This document shows positions 28,825 to 37,860 of a DNA stretch of 64,000 bases, in pieces. Source of the DNA: a bacterium (GTDB lineage Bacteria; Patescibacteriota; Andersenbacteria; UBA10190; CAIZMI01). Location: assembly GCA_030647555.1 (NCBI GenBank), contig JAUSJG010000008.1, positions 193,467 through 257,466 of the forward strand. The letters run 5' to 3'. The notes below the pieces were generated by a model, which was not told where the DNA came from, searched no databases, and was given only the letters and a program-made list of their open reading frames with translations. Positions within the stretch are counted from its first letter, which is position 1. The number at the start of each line of letters is the position of its first letter. The translations under genes were made by a program, and so were the position numbers.

Positions 28825-30303
28825 ATGATGATTTCTAAAACCGAATATATGATGTTTTTGAAGCACCCGGCTTGGCTGTGGTTAAAAAAACATAACCCAA
28901 AAAAACTTCCACCGGTTACGGCCGGCACGCAAGCGCTTTTTGATTCCGGTCACCGGTTTGAGCAATATGCCGAGAAACTTTTTCCCGTTGGCGTTCGTCT
29001 TGGTTTTGATAATTATGGCGAATATCTATCATTACCCGAGCGTACCACGAAGGCACTGGCTGATGGCGCAAAGACGATATTTCAGGGTCGTTTTGAGTTT
29101 AATCAACTCACTTTTATTTGTGACATTGTGGATGTTGTTGGGGATAAAACCGTTGATCTTATTGAAATAAAATCGAGTACGACGGCAAAAGATGAACACG
29201 AATTTGATTTGGCATTTCAAATGGTCGTGCTTGAAGGGTGTGGTTTTACGGTACGCAATATCTCGGTTATTCATGTCAATAATGATTATGTACGTGAAGG
29301 AGAAGTTGATCCGAAAGCAATAACAAAAACAAGCGAAATTACCGAAGCGGTGAAGGCTAAACGTGAATATACCAAGGAGCGAATTGAGCAGGCGTTGAAG
29401 GTGGCAAATTCGGATAAGTGTCCCGATCTTTCTCCCTCGTTTGTTCAGCTTGGTTCGGTTGGGGATTGGCTGAATATCTACAGAAGTCTTGCGGACGTTA
29501 AACCATTGAGTATTTATGACTTGTGTAGCATTAGCGCGCAAACAATCGGCGAGTTGGAAAAGTCGGGTGTAGAGTTGATTGTTGATATACGCGACGATGT
29601 TAAATTAAACTTTAAACAGTCGCTTCAGGTGCGCGCTACCAAACAAGGGGGAGCAATTATTAATAAAGATACAATCAAGCAGTTTTTGGATGAACTGATA
29701 TTTCCACTTTATTTCTTTGATTATGAAACTCTTTCCAGCAGTGTGCCTTATTTTGATGGGATGCGTCCGTATAAACAATATCCATTTCAGTATTCGTTGC
29801 ATATTCTTGACGCACCGGACTTAGAGCTTCGTCATATGGGTTATTTGCACAAAGACAACTCCGATCCGGCGGAAGTGTTGAGTAAAACTCTAAGGGCGCA
29901 AATTGGGGAATCCGGTTCCGTTGTTACGTGGAATATGGGTTTTGAAAAAGGTTGCAACGAACTTATCGGTTCCAGGTTGCCGGAATATGCCGATTTTTAT
30001 AAATCGCTCAACAATAGAATTGTCGATTTGATGACTCCTTTTTCGACGGGTTTGTATGTTGATAAGGATTTCAAAGGAAGCGCTTCGATTAAAAATGTTT
30101 TACCTGTTTTGGTGCCGGAGTTGTCTTATAAGAATTTAGGAATTCAAGAAGGCGGTTCGGCGCAACGGCTGTGGATGGAGGCTATTTTGGATGGCAAGCG
30201 AATAAACGAGAAAGAAAAGATTCTAAGTGATCTGCACGAATACTGTAAGCTCGATACATTGGCGATGGTGGAAATATACAGGAGACTTAGAGGACTGACG
30301 TAA
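28825..30303 (+). CDS. PD-(D/E)xK nuclease-like N-terminal domain plus DUF2779-like C-terminal domain protein
   Basis: 'DLIEIKSSTTAKDEHEFDLAFQ' is a RecB/Cas4-like motif. 'FFDYETLSSSVPYFDGMRPYKQYPFQYSLH' resembles the DUF2779 'DFET...PFQ' signature. Confidence 0.45.
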   Translation: MMISKTEYMMFLKHPAWLWLKKHNPKKLPPVTAGTQALFDSGHRFEQYAEKLFPVGVRLGFDNYGEYLSLPERTTKALADGAKTIFQGRFEFNQLTFICDIVDVVGDKTVDLIEIKSSTTAKDEHEFDLAFQMVVLEGCGFTVRNISVIHVNNDYVREGEVDPKAITKTSEITEAVKAKREYTKERIEQALKVANSDKCPDLSPSFVQLGSVGDWLNIYRSLADVKPLSIYDLCSISAQTIGELEKSGVELIVDIRDDVKLNFKQSLQVRATKQGGAIINKDTIKQFLDELIFPLYFFDYETLSSSVPYFDGMRPYKQYPFQYSLHILDAPDLELRHMGYLHKDNSDPAEVLSKTLRAQIGESGSVVTWNMGFEKGCNELIGSRLPEYADFYKSLNNRIVDLMTPFSTGLYVDKDFKGSASIKNVLPVLVPELSYKNLGIQEGGSAQRLWMEAILDGKRINEKEKILSDLHEYCKLDTLAMVEIYRRLRGLT

Positions 30304-30337
30304 AGGATCAGACGGTTAAACTGATTCCCGCCCTTCA

Positions 30338-30364
30338 GGGCGAGGCTCGCCCAGATGGGCGGCC
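30338..30364. repeat. 25-nt GC-rich repeat G, intergenic copy
   Basis: GGGCGAGGCTCGCCCAGATGGGCGGCC, nested inside CCCGCCC...GGGCGG. Confidence 0.8.
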
Positions 30365-30451
30365 TGCTTGATACAGGAATGACACGGCGGGAGATTTAGT
30401 TCTTAGTACCGGGTTGCGGCGGTAACCACTAATTTCGTTTCTTGTGGTAAA

Positions 30452-31264
30452 GTGTTTTTGAAGATGGCTAAAGAAAAGAAAAAAAGACCGATAATTGCTT
30501 TTGTGGTCCTGTTTATGGCCGTGATTTATGTTTTTAGTCGTGGGTGGCTGGCGCCCTTTCAGGGGGCTTTTTTGCGATTAATTTCCCCGATAACTGCTCC
30601 AAGCGCAAGTGCGACGCAAACGGTTGGGGCGTATTTTTTGTCGTTTCTTCGTGTTGGAACCCTCAGTCGCACGGTGCGTATTCTTGAAAACACGATCGTG
30701 GAAGACCAAGTATTATTGGCGAAATATTCCGGCATTGACGCGGAAAATAAAGTCCTGCGAGAACAATTACGCTTACTACCCAAAAACAAATTTCAGTTAG
30801 TGAGCGCTGATGTGATCGCTCATAGCACCGACGGCGGTAAGGATGTCTTAATTATAAATAGAGGTAATCGTGACGGCATTAAGGAGAATATGCCGGTGAT
30901 TATGAATGATGGAGTGGTGGTTGGTAAAATAGCGCGAGCGGACAATCTTGTGGCGACCGTTATGTTAATGACGGATGTCGATTTTAAGTTGGCGGCAATT
31001 GTAGTCGGAACGAAGGCCCCAGGGCTTATTCATGGAACAAAGGGCTTGGACGTTTCATTGGAGGAAGTGCCGCGTGCGGAAAAGATAAAGATCGGAGAAT
31101 CGGTTGTTACTACGGGGGTTGATGGTGTTTTTCCTCCGGATTTATTAGTGGGGAAAATAAGATCAGTGGACGCGCCGGAAAATGAAATTTTTCAGTCGGC
31201 CAAAGTAACACCGGTTATTGATATCCGACAAGCAAGAATTGTTAGTGTTATAAGGGCTTGGTAA
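30452..31264 (+). CDS. mreC: Rod shape-determining protein MreC
   Basis: N-terminal TM and coiled coil, then 'LREQLRLL' and a β-rich 'GKDVLIINRGNRDGI...GVVVGKI' domain. Confidence 0.7.
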   Translation: MFLKMAKEKKKRPIIAFVVLFMAVIYVFSRGWLAPFQGAFLRLISPITAPSASATQTVGAYFLSFLRVGTLSRTVRILENTIVEDQVLLAKYSGIDAENKVLREQLRLLPKNKFQLVSADVIAHSTDGGKDVLIINRGNRDGIKENMPVIMNDGVVVGKIARADNLVATVMLMTDVDFKLAAIVVGTKAPGLIHGTKGLDVSLEEVPRAEKIKIGESVVTTGVDGVFPPDLLVGKIRSVDAPENEIFQSAKVTPVIDIRQARIVSVIRAW

Positions 31265-31783
31265 ATGAAATATTATCTGACACTAATTGGTTTTTTTGTT
31301 GTTTTGGTCGGTTTGGACATGTTTTTTTCACGGTTGTTTATGCGATCGAATGTATCGTTGGTATTGGCGTTTTTACTCACGACAGCTTTTATTATTCCGC
31401 AAAAAACACGTTATATTTTTAGAACATTAATTCCTCTGATGCTGATTTGCGGTTTGGCGGGAGATAGTATGTCTGCCGTTTCGCCCGGGATAATATTTAT
31501 AACTTATTGTTTATTGGCAATTATTGTTTTATCGATTTCTAAAAATATACCCAGTGCCGATAGTATCGGCTATTTAATACTCGTTGTATTTTCTGTTTGT
31601 CTTATCTATCGTCTTTTCTTTGGTGTTGTATTTAATGGAATTAGTTTTGAGATTGTCTCTTCTGTTTTATTACCTTCTTTTTTCTCGGCAATCTATACGA
31701 CAGTTGGCGCAGTAGTGATTGCTTATTTGTTTGAGACGTCATTCGGGCGTGGTCTCGGAAAAATTATTTTTAATGAAGATTAA
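31265..31783 (+). CDS. mreD: Probable MreD (small polytopic membrane protein)
   Basis: Five hydrophobic segments. Position between mreC and PBP2. Confidence 0.5.
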   Translation: MKYYLTLIGFFVVLVGLDMFFSRLFMRSNVSLVLAFLLTTAFIIPQKTRYIFRTLIPLMLICGLAGDSMSAVSPGIIFITYCLLAIIVLSISKNIPSADSIGYLILVVFSVCLIYRLFFGVVFNGISFEIVSSVLLPSFFSAIYTTVGAVVIAYLFETSFGRGLGKIIFNED

Positions 31784-33797
31784 TAATACCGGTAAAATAA
31801 GGGCGCGACAGATTCTCACAAATATACACAGTTCCAGTCAGACTAGTGGCGAGGATTTTTTTGTTCTGCCAACCGGAGAATTGCATCCTATGGCTGATGC
31901 TGTTCCGATAAATCGTCTAAAGTTTTTAGGTTTTGCGGGTATTTTATTACTTGGAATTTTAGTTTTAAGAGGGACGTATCTTCAAGCATCACAGGGTATT
32001 TTCAGAAAACAAGTGCAGAATAATTGGTTGCGTTTGCGGGTTGAATACGCACCACGTGGCGTGATATTTGATCATAAGGGTCAGCAACTCGTGCAAAATG
32101 TTGCTTCGACCGACTTGGTTATTTATCCTATTCAACTGCCAAAAGATATTGAATCAGAAATTACAATTTTAAGAGAGATATTTACGAATGTACCGGCCGA
32201 AGCCTTTCAGGAAATCATGAATGGGGCAAATAGAACTTCAACGTTGCCGGTGCCGCTTTTATCGAATATCACACACGAACAAATGGTGGCCGTTCTTGCC
32301 AGAGAGGATGAGCTTCCGGGTTTAAGTGTTGAAAATTTGCCGACGCGTGAATACAAAGACGGAAATATCTTCGCGCATATTATGGGTTACATGGGCCGAA
32401 TTAGCGAGGAAGAACATAAAAAGAATCCGGATTATTTATTGACCGAATCCTTGGGGAAAAACGGTGTAGAGAGCGCGTACGAAAGTGTGCTTAGGGGTGA
32501 ACACGGGGCAAGGCGAGAAGAAGTGAATTCGAGTGGGCGTATTATTAATGATTTGGGTACCGTTCCCGCTAAACCGGGATTGAATTTAAAATTGAATATT
32601 GATGCCGATTTGCAAAAAAGACTATATCAAGATTTGGAGATTGAACTAAAAAATGCGGGGGCGTCCAGAGCAACGGCGGTCGCGCTTGATCCAAGAACCG
32701 GCGGTGTGCTGGCGATGGTGAGTATTCCGTCGTTTGATAATACGAAATTAACGCAGGGAATTTCCGGTAAAGACGCTACGGATCTGTTTTCCAACAAAGA
32801 CACGCCAATGCTGAATCGCGCGATTCAAGGAGAATATCCTCCCGGTTCAACATTTAAGTTGGCCGTTGCGATTGCCGGGTTAGAGGAAAAAATTATTACA
32901 TCGGAAACTACCATAAACAGTACCGGGGGAATTAGAGTGGGATCTTGGTTTTTCCCTGATTGGAAACCGGGTGGTCATGGAATTACAAATCTTAATAAGG
33001 CTATCGCGGAATCGGTAAATACTTATTTTTATACATTGGGTGGAGGTTTGGATAATGTAAAAGGGCTCGGAATTGAAAAAATGGAAAGTTGGGCAAAAAA
33101 AATGGGTTTTGGCGGACAAGTCGGCATTGATATTCCCGGTGAAGTCGATGGTTTCTTGCCAACCGCGGATTGGAAGTTAAAAGTTAAAAAAGAACCTTGG
33201 TATATTGGCGATACTTATCATGCCGCGATTGGTCAAGGAGATATCTTAGTAACGCCGTTGCAGATCGCCCAGATTACCGCCGTGATTGCCAATGGTGGAA
33301 TATTTTACGAGCCGCGGATTGTGAATAGTTTGGTAAAAAACGATGGGGGGGTAGTTGAAGAAATTAAGCCGGTAAAACGTCCCGGAAGCTCGATTGATGC
33401 TTCTATCGCCAATATAATGCGTCAGGCGATGCGTGAGACGGTATTAACCGGTTCGGGCAGGGCACTGGGTGATTTGTCGGTTGCTGTGGCCGGTAAGACG
33501 GGCACCGCTCAATCGGCGAGCGGGTTGGAGAATACCCATGCCTGGTTTACGTCATTCGCGCCTTATGATAATCCGCAAATCGCGCTGACAATTTTATTGG
33601 AAAAAGCGGGTGGAGGAGATAAAATTGCCGTTCCAATCGCCAAAGATATTTATGGTTGGTATTTTGGGGACAGGACGAAGGAGAGCACGTTACTAAAATC
33701 CAATGATGTATCTACGGTAAAACCGCCTTTGAGTGTGGTCCCGACACTACTACCAAGTATAAAGCCTGTTCCTGCTGTTTTGCCAAAGAATAATTAA
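31783..33797 (+). CDS. mrdA: Penicillin-binding protein 2 (peptidoglycan D,D-transpeptidase)
   Basis: Start at the TAATG overlap with mreD. 'PPGSTFKLAVAIAG' (SxxK) and 'KTGTAQ'. Confidence 0.85.
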
Positions 33798-33802
33798 TAA
33801 GT

Positions 33803-33940
33803 GAGTCAATTTGAAATTTGAAATTTAGAATTTGAAATCAATTTTTAATATCTAAATTTGAAATACGAACGCGTTTTTTCAAATTAATTTATTACGATAT
33901 TTCAAATTGATTAAAAATTTCAAATTATAAATTAAAAATT
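33803..33940. repeat. Intergenic palindromic element, family F (TTGAAATTT words)
   Basis: TCAATTTGAAATTTGAAATTTAGAATTTGAAATCAATTTTTAA ... ATTTCAAATTGATTAAAAATTTCAAATT. Confidence 0.75.
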
Positions 33941-34148
33941 GGGGAACCCATATTGTGCATTGTTTGGAATATTATTATTGATGCCACTTTCCCCTTGACG
34001 TCAATTTGAATGTCGTGTACCGTATCTGTCCATAGCACATAAAAAATCAGTGTTTGGCATGGCGAAGTGACCATATAACGGTTATTGTCACAAGCCCCAA
34101 GCACGAAATTATGTGTTTAAGATTAATTTGTCAGTAACCAATAACATC

Positions 34149-34610
34149 ATGTATCAGAAAAAAAATCCGATAACCGAAGAAGGTCTGCGAAAATTACAGG
34201 AAGAGTTGAATATTTTGAAGACCACCCGTCGTCATGAGGTTGCGCAAGCAATTCAAACGGCGAAGGAACAAGGTGATTTGTCTGAAAATGCCGAATATGT
34301 TGACGCGAAGGACGCGCAAGGTTTGTTGGAACAACGGATTATCGATTTGGAAGCACTCTTAAAAAATGCCGAAATTATCCATAAGGATTCCAATGGCCGG
34401 ATCAATGTTGGCGATACTGTTAAAGTCGATATGGCCGGTAAAGAAACTTTGTTTACAATTGTTGGGCCGAATGAGGCGGAACCCGCCAAAGGAAAAATTT
34501 CCAATGAATCACCTTTGGGCGTCGCGTTGCAGGGAAAAAAAGCGGGTGATGTTGCATCGGTTCGCACACCAAACGGCAACAAGCAAGTGAAGGTATTGAG
34601 CGTCGGGTAA
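34149..34610 (+). CDS. greA: Transcription elongation factor GreA
   Basis: Start at MYQKKNPIT. 'GDLSENAEYVDAKDAQGLLEQRIIDLEALL' coiled coil and the FKBP-like C-terminus. Confidence 0.85.
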   Translation: MYQKKNPITEEGLRKLQEELNILKTTRRHEVAQAIQTAKEQGDLSENAEYVDAKDAQGLLEQRIIDLEALLKNAEIIHKDSNGRINVGDTVKVDMAGKETLFTIVGPNEAEPAKGKISNESPLGVALQGKKAGDVASVRTPNGNKQVKVLSVG

Positions 34611-34625
34611 GAAATAGGAATGCTA

Positions 34626-34656
34626 AAAATAGCGACCGGTTTGGTCGCTATTTTTG
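34626..34656 (+). terminator. Rho-independent terminator after greA
   Basis: ATAGCGACC-GGTT-TGGTCGCTAT followed by TTTTT. Confidence 0.7.
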
Positions 34657-34668
34657 TAACCGGCGTAC

Positions 34669-34712
34669 CACTCCCGAAGTGGCCCAACGGATTCACTTCG
34701 GGAGTGGTTTTC
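34669..34712 (+). other. Second perfect 14-bp stem hairpin, 13 nt downstream of the greA terminator
   Basis: CCACTCCCGAAGTG-N12-CACTTCGGGAGTGG followed by TTTTCGG. Confidence 0.5.
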
Positions 34713-34745
34713 GGTTGGCGTCAATTTTTGTAGTATCATTAGGTA

Positions 34746-36323
34746 ATGCTCCAAAAAGAAGTTCTTGATATTCTTAAGACCGGTGCCTCGGTTTTTTTGA
34801 CCGGTGAACCCGGTAGTGGGAAGACACACGTTATTCGCGAATATATCAGATATTTGCGTTCCGTGAAAATTGATGTCGCGGTTACCGCTTCTACTGGAAT
34901 TGCGGCGACGCACCTTGGTGGCGTGACGATTAATTCTTGGAGCGGGATTGGGATTAAGAAAATTCTTTCGAAATATGATCTCGATTACATCGCGAGTAAT
35001 GAGTATTTGGTAAAAAGAATTACTAAAACGAAGGTGCTCATTATTGATGAGGTATCGATGTTGGATGGTAGTACATTGGATAGTATTGAACGTGTTTGTC
35101 GCGCCATCAAACAGTCGGAGTTGCCTTTTGGCGGGATGCAAACTGTTTTGGTTGGTGATTTTTTTCAACTTCCGCCCGTGGCCAGACAGGGCGAACCGCC
35201 GGCCAAATTCGCGTTTGATTGCGCCGCTTGGTTTAAGGGGAAATTTTTGGTCTGTTATTTGCATGAGCAGTTTCGGCAAAGTGATCAAGATTTTTTAAAT
35301 GTTTTATCGGCCGTGCGAAAAAACGCGGTAACAGATGAACATTTAGCGCATTTGGATAAGCGATGTGTGGAACTGGATTTTAGCGGTGCGACGCCCGCCC
35401 CGGGAGGCGAGGCTCGCCCTGATGGGCGGCAATTAACACGGTTATATTCACATAATTTGGATGTTGATAATGTTAATAATGAGGCGCTAAAGAAAATTCC
35501 CGGCGAGGCAAAGATATTTAAAATGGAAACAACCGGACGCAGAATATTGGTTGATCAAATTAAACGCGGTTGCTTATCGCCGGAAACTTTAGTGTTAAAA
35601 AAGGACGCAGTGGTGATGTTTACCAAAAATAGCCCCAAAGGATTGTTTGTTAACGGTACTTTGGGTCGTGTGGTGGAATTTAATTCATTTAGCGGAATGC
35701 CGGTGGTAAAAACAAAAGACGGCAGAAAGATTGAAACCGAAAAAATGGATTGGGCGATTGATGACAACGGGCGCGTGTTGGCGCGGGTCAGTCAAATTCC
35801 ATTGCGTCTGGCATGGGCTTTAACTGTTCATAAGAGTCAGGGGATGTCGCTGGACGTGGCGTTTATCGACTTGAGAACCGCTTTTGTGGCCGGTCAGGGT
35901 TATGTGGCATTATCGCGCGTGCGAACATTGCAGGGTTTGTTTTTGTGCGGGTATAACAAACAGGCTTTATTGGTGCATCCGGAAGTTTTAGTGAAAGATG
36001 TGGATTTTCGGGCGCAATCGGAAGCCCTGTCGCAAGAGTTTTCTAAATTATCGGCAGAGGAACTGGAAAAGATGCATCGGAATTATATTCAAGGAATGGG
36101 CGGTGTTTTGAAAACTAGCGGGGAAAGTGAAAAAAAATATTCCTTGGAAATAATTCGCGAAAAATTTAAAAATGCGTACGCCAAATGGACGGAGGAAGAT
36201 GACAAATTATTGGCGGAATTATTTGGCCAGGGCAGGGGATATAAGGATATGGCCAATCACTTTGGTCGTAAAACCGGCGCGATTACGGCGCGTTTAAAGA
36301 AACTAAAGCTGATTGAGGAATAA
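34746..36323 (+). CDS. SF1B RecD/Pif1-family DNA helicase with a C-terminal HTH-like tail
   Basis: 'LTGEPGSGKTH', 'LIIDEVSMLD' and 'VHKSQGMSLD'. Contains repeat G in-frame at 35406-35430. Confidence 0.75.
   Translation: MLQKEVLDILKTGASVFLTGEPGSGKTHVIREYIRYLRSVKIDVAVTASTGIAATHLGGVTINSWSGIGIKKILSKYDLDYIASNEYLVKRITKTKVLIIDEVSMLDGSTLDSIERVCRAIKQSELPFGGMQTVLVGDFFQLPPVARQGEPPAKFAFDCAAWFKGKFLVCYLHEQFRQSDQDFLNVLSAVRKNAVTDEHLAHLDKRCVELDFSGATPAPGGEARPDGRQLTRLYSHNLDVDNVNNEALKKIPGEAKIFKMETTGRRILVDQIKRGCLSPETLVLKKDAVVMFTKNSPKGLFVNGTLGRVVEFNSFSGMPVVKTKDGRKIETEKMDWAIDDNGRVLARVSQIPLRLAWALTVHKSQGMSLDVAFIDLRTAFVAGQGYVALSRVRTLQGLFLCGYNKQALLVHPEVLVKDVDFRAQSEALSQEFSKLSAEELEKMHRNYIQGMGGVLKTSGESEKKYSLEIIREKFKNAYAKWTEEDDKLLAELFGQGRGYKDMANHFGRKTGAITARLKKLKLIEE
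35406..35430. repeat. 25-nt GC-rich repeat G, in-frame copy inside the helicase CDS
   Basis: GGCGAGGCTCGCCCTGATGGGCGGC. It encodes ...GGEARPDGRQ... Confidence 0.8.
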
Positions 36324-36351
36324 AAAAAACCGTAGCTCGTAAGCTACGGGG
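36323..36351. terminator. Bidirectional terminator between convergent genes
   Basis: A8-CCGTAGCT-CGTA-AGCTACGG. Confidence 0.6.
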
Positions 36352-37807
36352 GAGTCGGATTTTGTTCACTCAGCAACCATTTGGCTGCATCCTCGGCGGT
36401 GTAGGAATTTCCCGGGCCTGTCATAAGATGTCGAAGGAAGTCGACATTTCCAAGTGTAACAATTGCCGGTTCTCCTTCATTGTTCATTCCTGCTGTCGTG
36501 AGAAGACCATTGCAAAGGCATTTTCGTCCTTCTGTGTCCTCTCTGATGCCTCCTTGGGCAACATAGTGGTCGATGGGCCCGCTTGGACATCGGTACCCGA
36601 TTGTGCCATCGGATTTTTGGTAAGGTGTACAAAGTACACCATGGTCACAAATGCGTTCGCGATTTTCGAAAACCTTGGTTTCTGCAACGGTTCCTTCCAG
36701 CATGGCAACCATAAAGGGGTAACCAGTCGGCGACACTTGCATGTCCTGGTTAGTTTTCAGTTTCCCAAAAAAACCTAGAGCACGCAGTCTTCTGCGCAGT
36801 TTTGGATCCATCCCTGATTCCTCGCAGAGAGCAAAAATGGAACCAACTTGAACTCCTTGTGCGCCCAATGCCAAGGCTTCGGCAAGTTTTTTTGGCGAAG
36901 CATAATTGCCTCCGATCCAAAACGGAAGGCCGAGGGAGGCAATTCTGGCGTGATCAATTACGTCTTTCTCTCCATAGATCGGAAGCATTTTTCCACCAGC
37001 ATCGAAAACTGGACGTCGTGGAGGAGCGTTGTGCCCGGCCGCGGTGTTTTCCTCAACGCCAAATCCGGAAATGCTTCCTTTGGGGAGTCTGCTGGACAAC
37101 CTGACAAAGGCATTTGCAGCTGCATAAGAAGAAACGACTGGGATAAATCCTGGTCTTTCCATTGTAGGCAACTTAGCCCCAAAGAATGACTCAAAATCAA
37201 ACAACACCGTGTGTTTATTTGATTTTGAACCTAGAACAGGGACTTCATAGTGCGCGGGCCTTCCTTCGAGGATGTCTGTGATCATTGCCGGAACAGACAA
37301 AGCCATTCCCGCCCCCATTGTGATGAAGTTTGCGTTGGCGAGCATTGCTCCCACAACAGCGAAGGGATGGGGCATAGCGATCTTTTCGAGGTAGTTGATC
37401 GTGATCGGATGATCGTGTCCTTCTTTGGCAAGCCAAACGAAGGAGTAGTTTGCGCAAACTACGAGGGCAATGAGGAGTCTGCTTGGGTTGACCGTAAAAG
37501 AGGGCGCATTTTTGAAGCGACCTTTCTTTACACCACCGGCGACGAAGTATTTATCCATTACTTCATTAACAACGGCTTGAAATGGAAATGTTGCCAACGC
37601 GCGACGAATGTTTTCATCGGGGTCGCCTCGTTGCAAAATGGCCACCAACACCCTTTCCAGCGCGACACCGGAAACGGTGCCGTATTGGCCTAACATGGCG
37701 ATAGTCTTTGCTAGTCTTGGGCAGGAAATGTTTACACCCATTCCGCCACAACGAATCATTCCGAAGGTTTTGTTGCTCACTGTATGTTCCTTATTTTTGA
37801 GTGTCAA
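36344..37807 (-). CDS. Nitronate monooxygenase / NMO-family FMN oxidoreductase-like protein
   Basis: 'MIRCGGMGVNIS' N-terminus and glycine-rich TIM-barrel segments. About 50% GC, slightly above background. Confidence 0.45.
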   Translation of the reverse strand: MTLKNKEHTVSNKTFGMIRCGGMGVNISCPRLAKTIAMLGQYGTVSGVALERVLVAILQRGDPDENIRRALATFPFQAVVNEVMDKYFVAGGVKKGRFKNAPSFTVNPSRLLIALVVCANYSFVWLAKEGHDHPITINYLEKIAMPHPFAVVGAMLANANFITMGAGMALSVPAMITDILEGRPAHYEVPVLGSKSNKHTVLFDFESFFGAKLPTMERPGFIPVVSSYAAANAFVRLSSRLPKGSISGFGVEENTAAGHNAPPRRPVFDAGGKMLPIYGEKDVIDHARIASLGLPFWIGGNYASPKKLAEALALGAQGVQVGSIFALCEESGMDPKLRRRLRALGFFGKLKTNQDMQVSPTGYPFMVAMLEGTVAETKVFENRERICDHGVLCTPYQKSDGTIGYRCPSGPIDHYVAQGGIREDTEGRKCLCNGLLTTAGMNNEGEPAIVTLGNVDFLRHLMTGPGNSYTAEDAAKWLLSEQNPTPP

Positions 37808-37860
37808 TGTTCAATCCCACGGTTAGAATAGCAGAAAAGGAGAAAAAATCTATATTTGTC

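Noticed and set aside
33803-33940. Chromosomal origin of replication, suggested by AT-rich palindromic and tandem 9-mer DNA
   Set aside because: No dnaA or dnaN is adjacent, and there are no consensus DnaA boxes (TTATCCACA). The region matches the architecture of the other dispersed palindromic elements.
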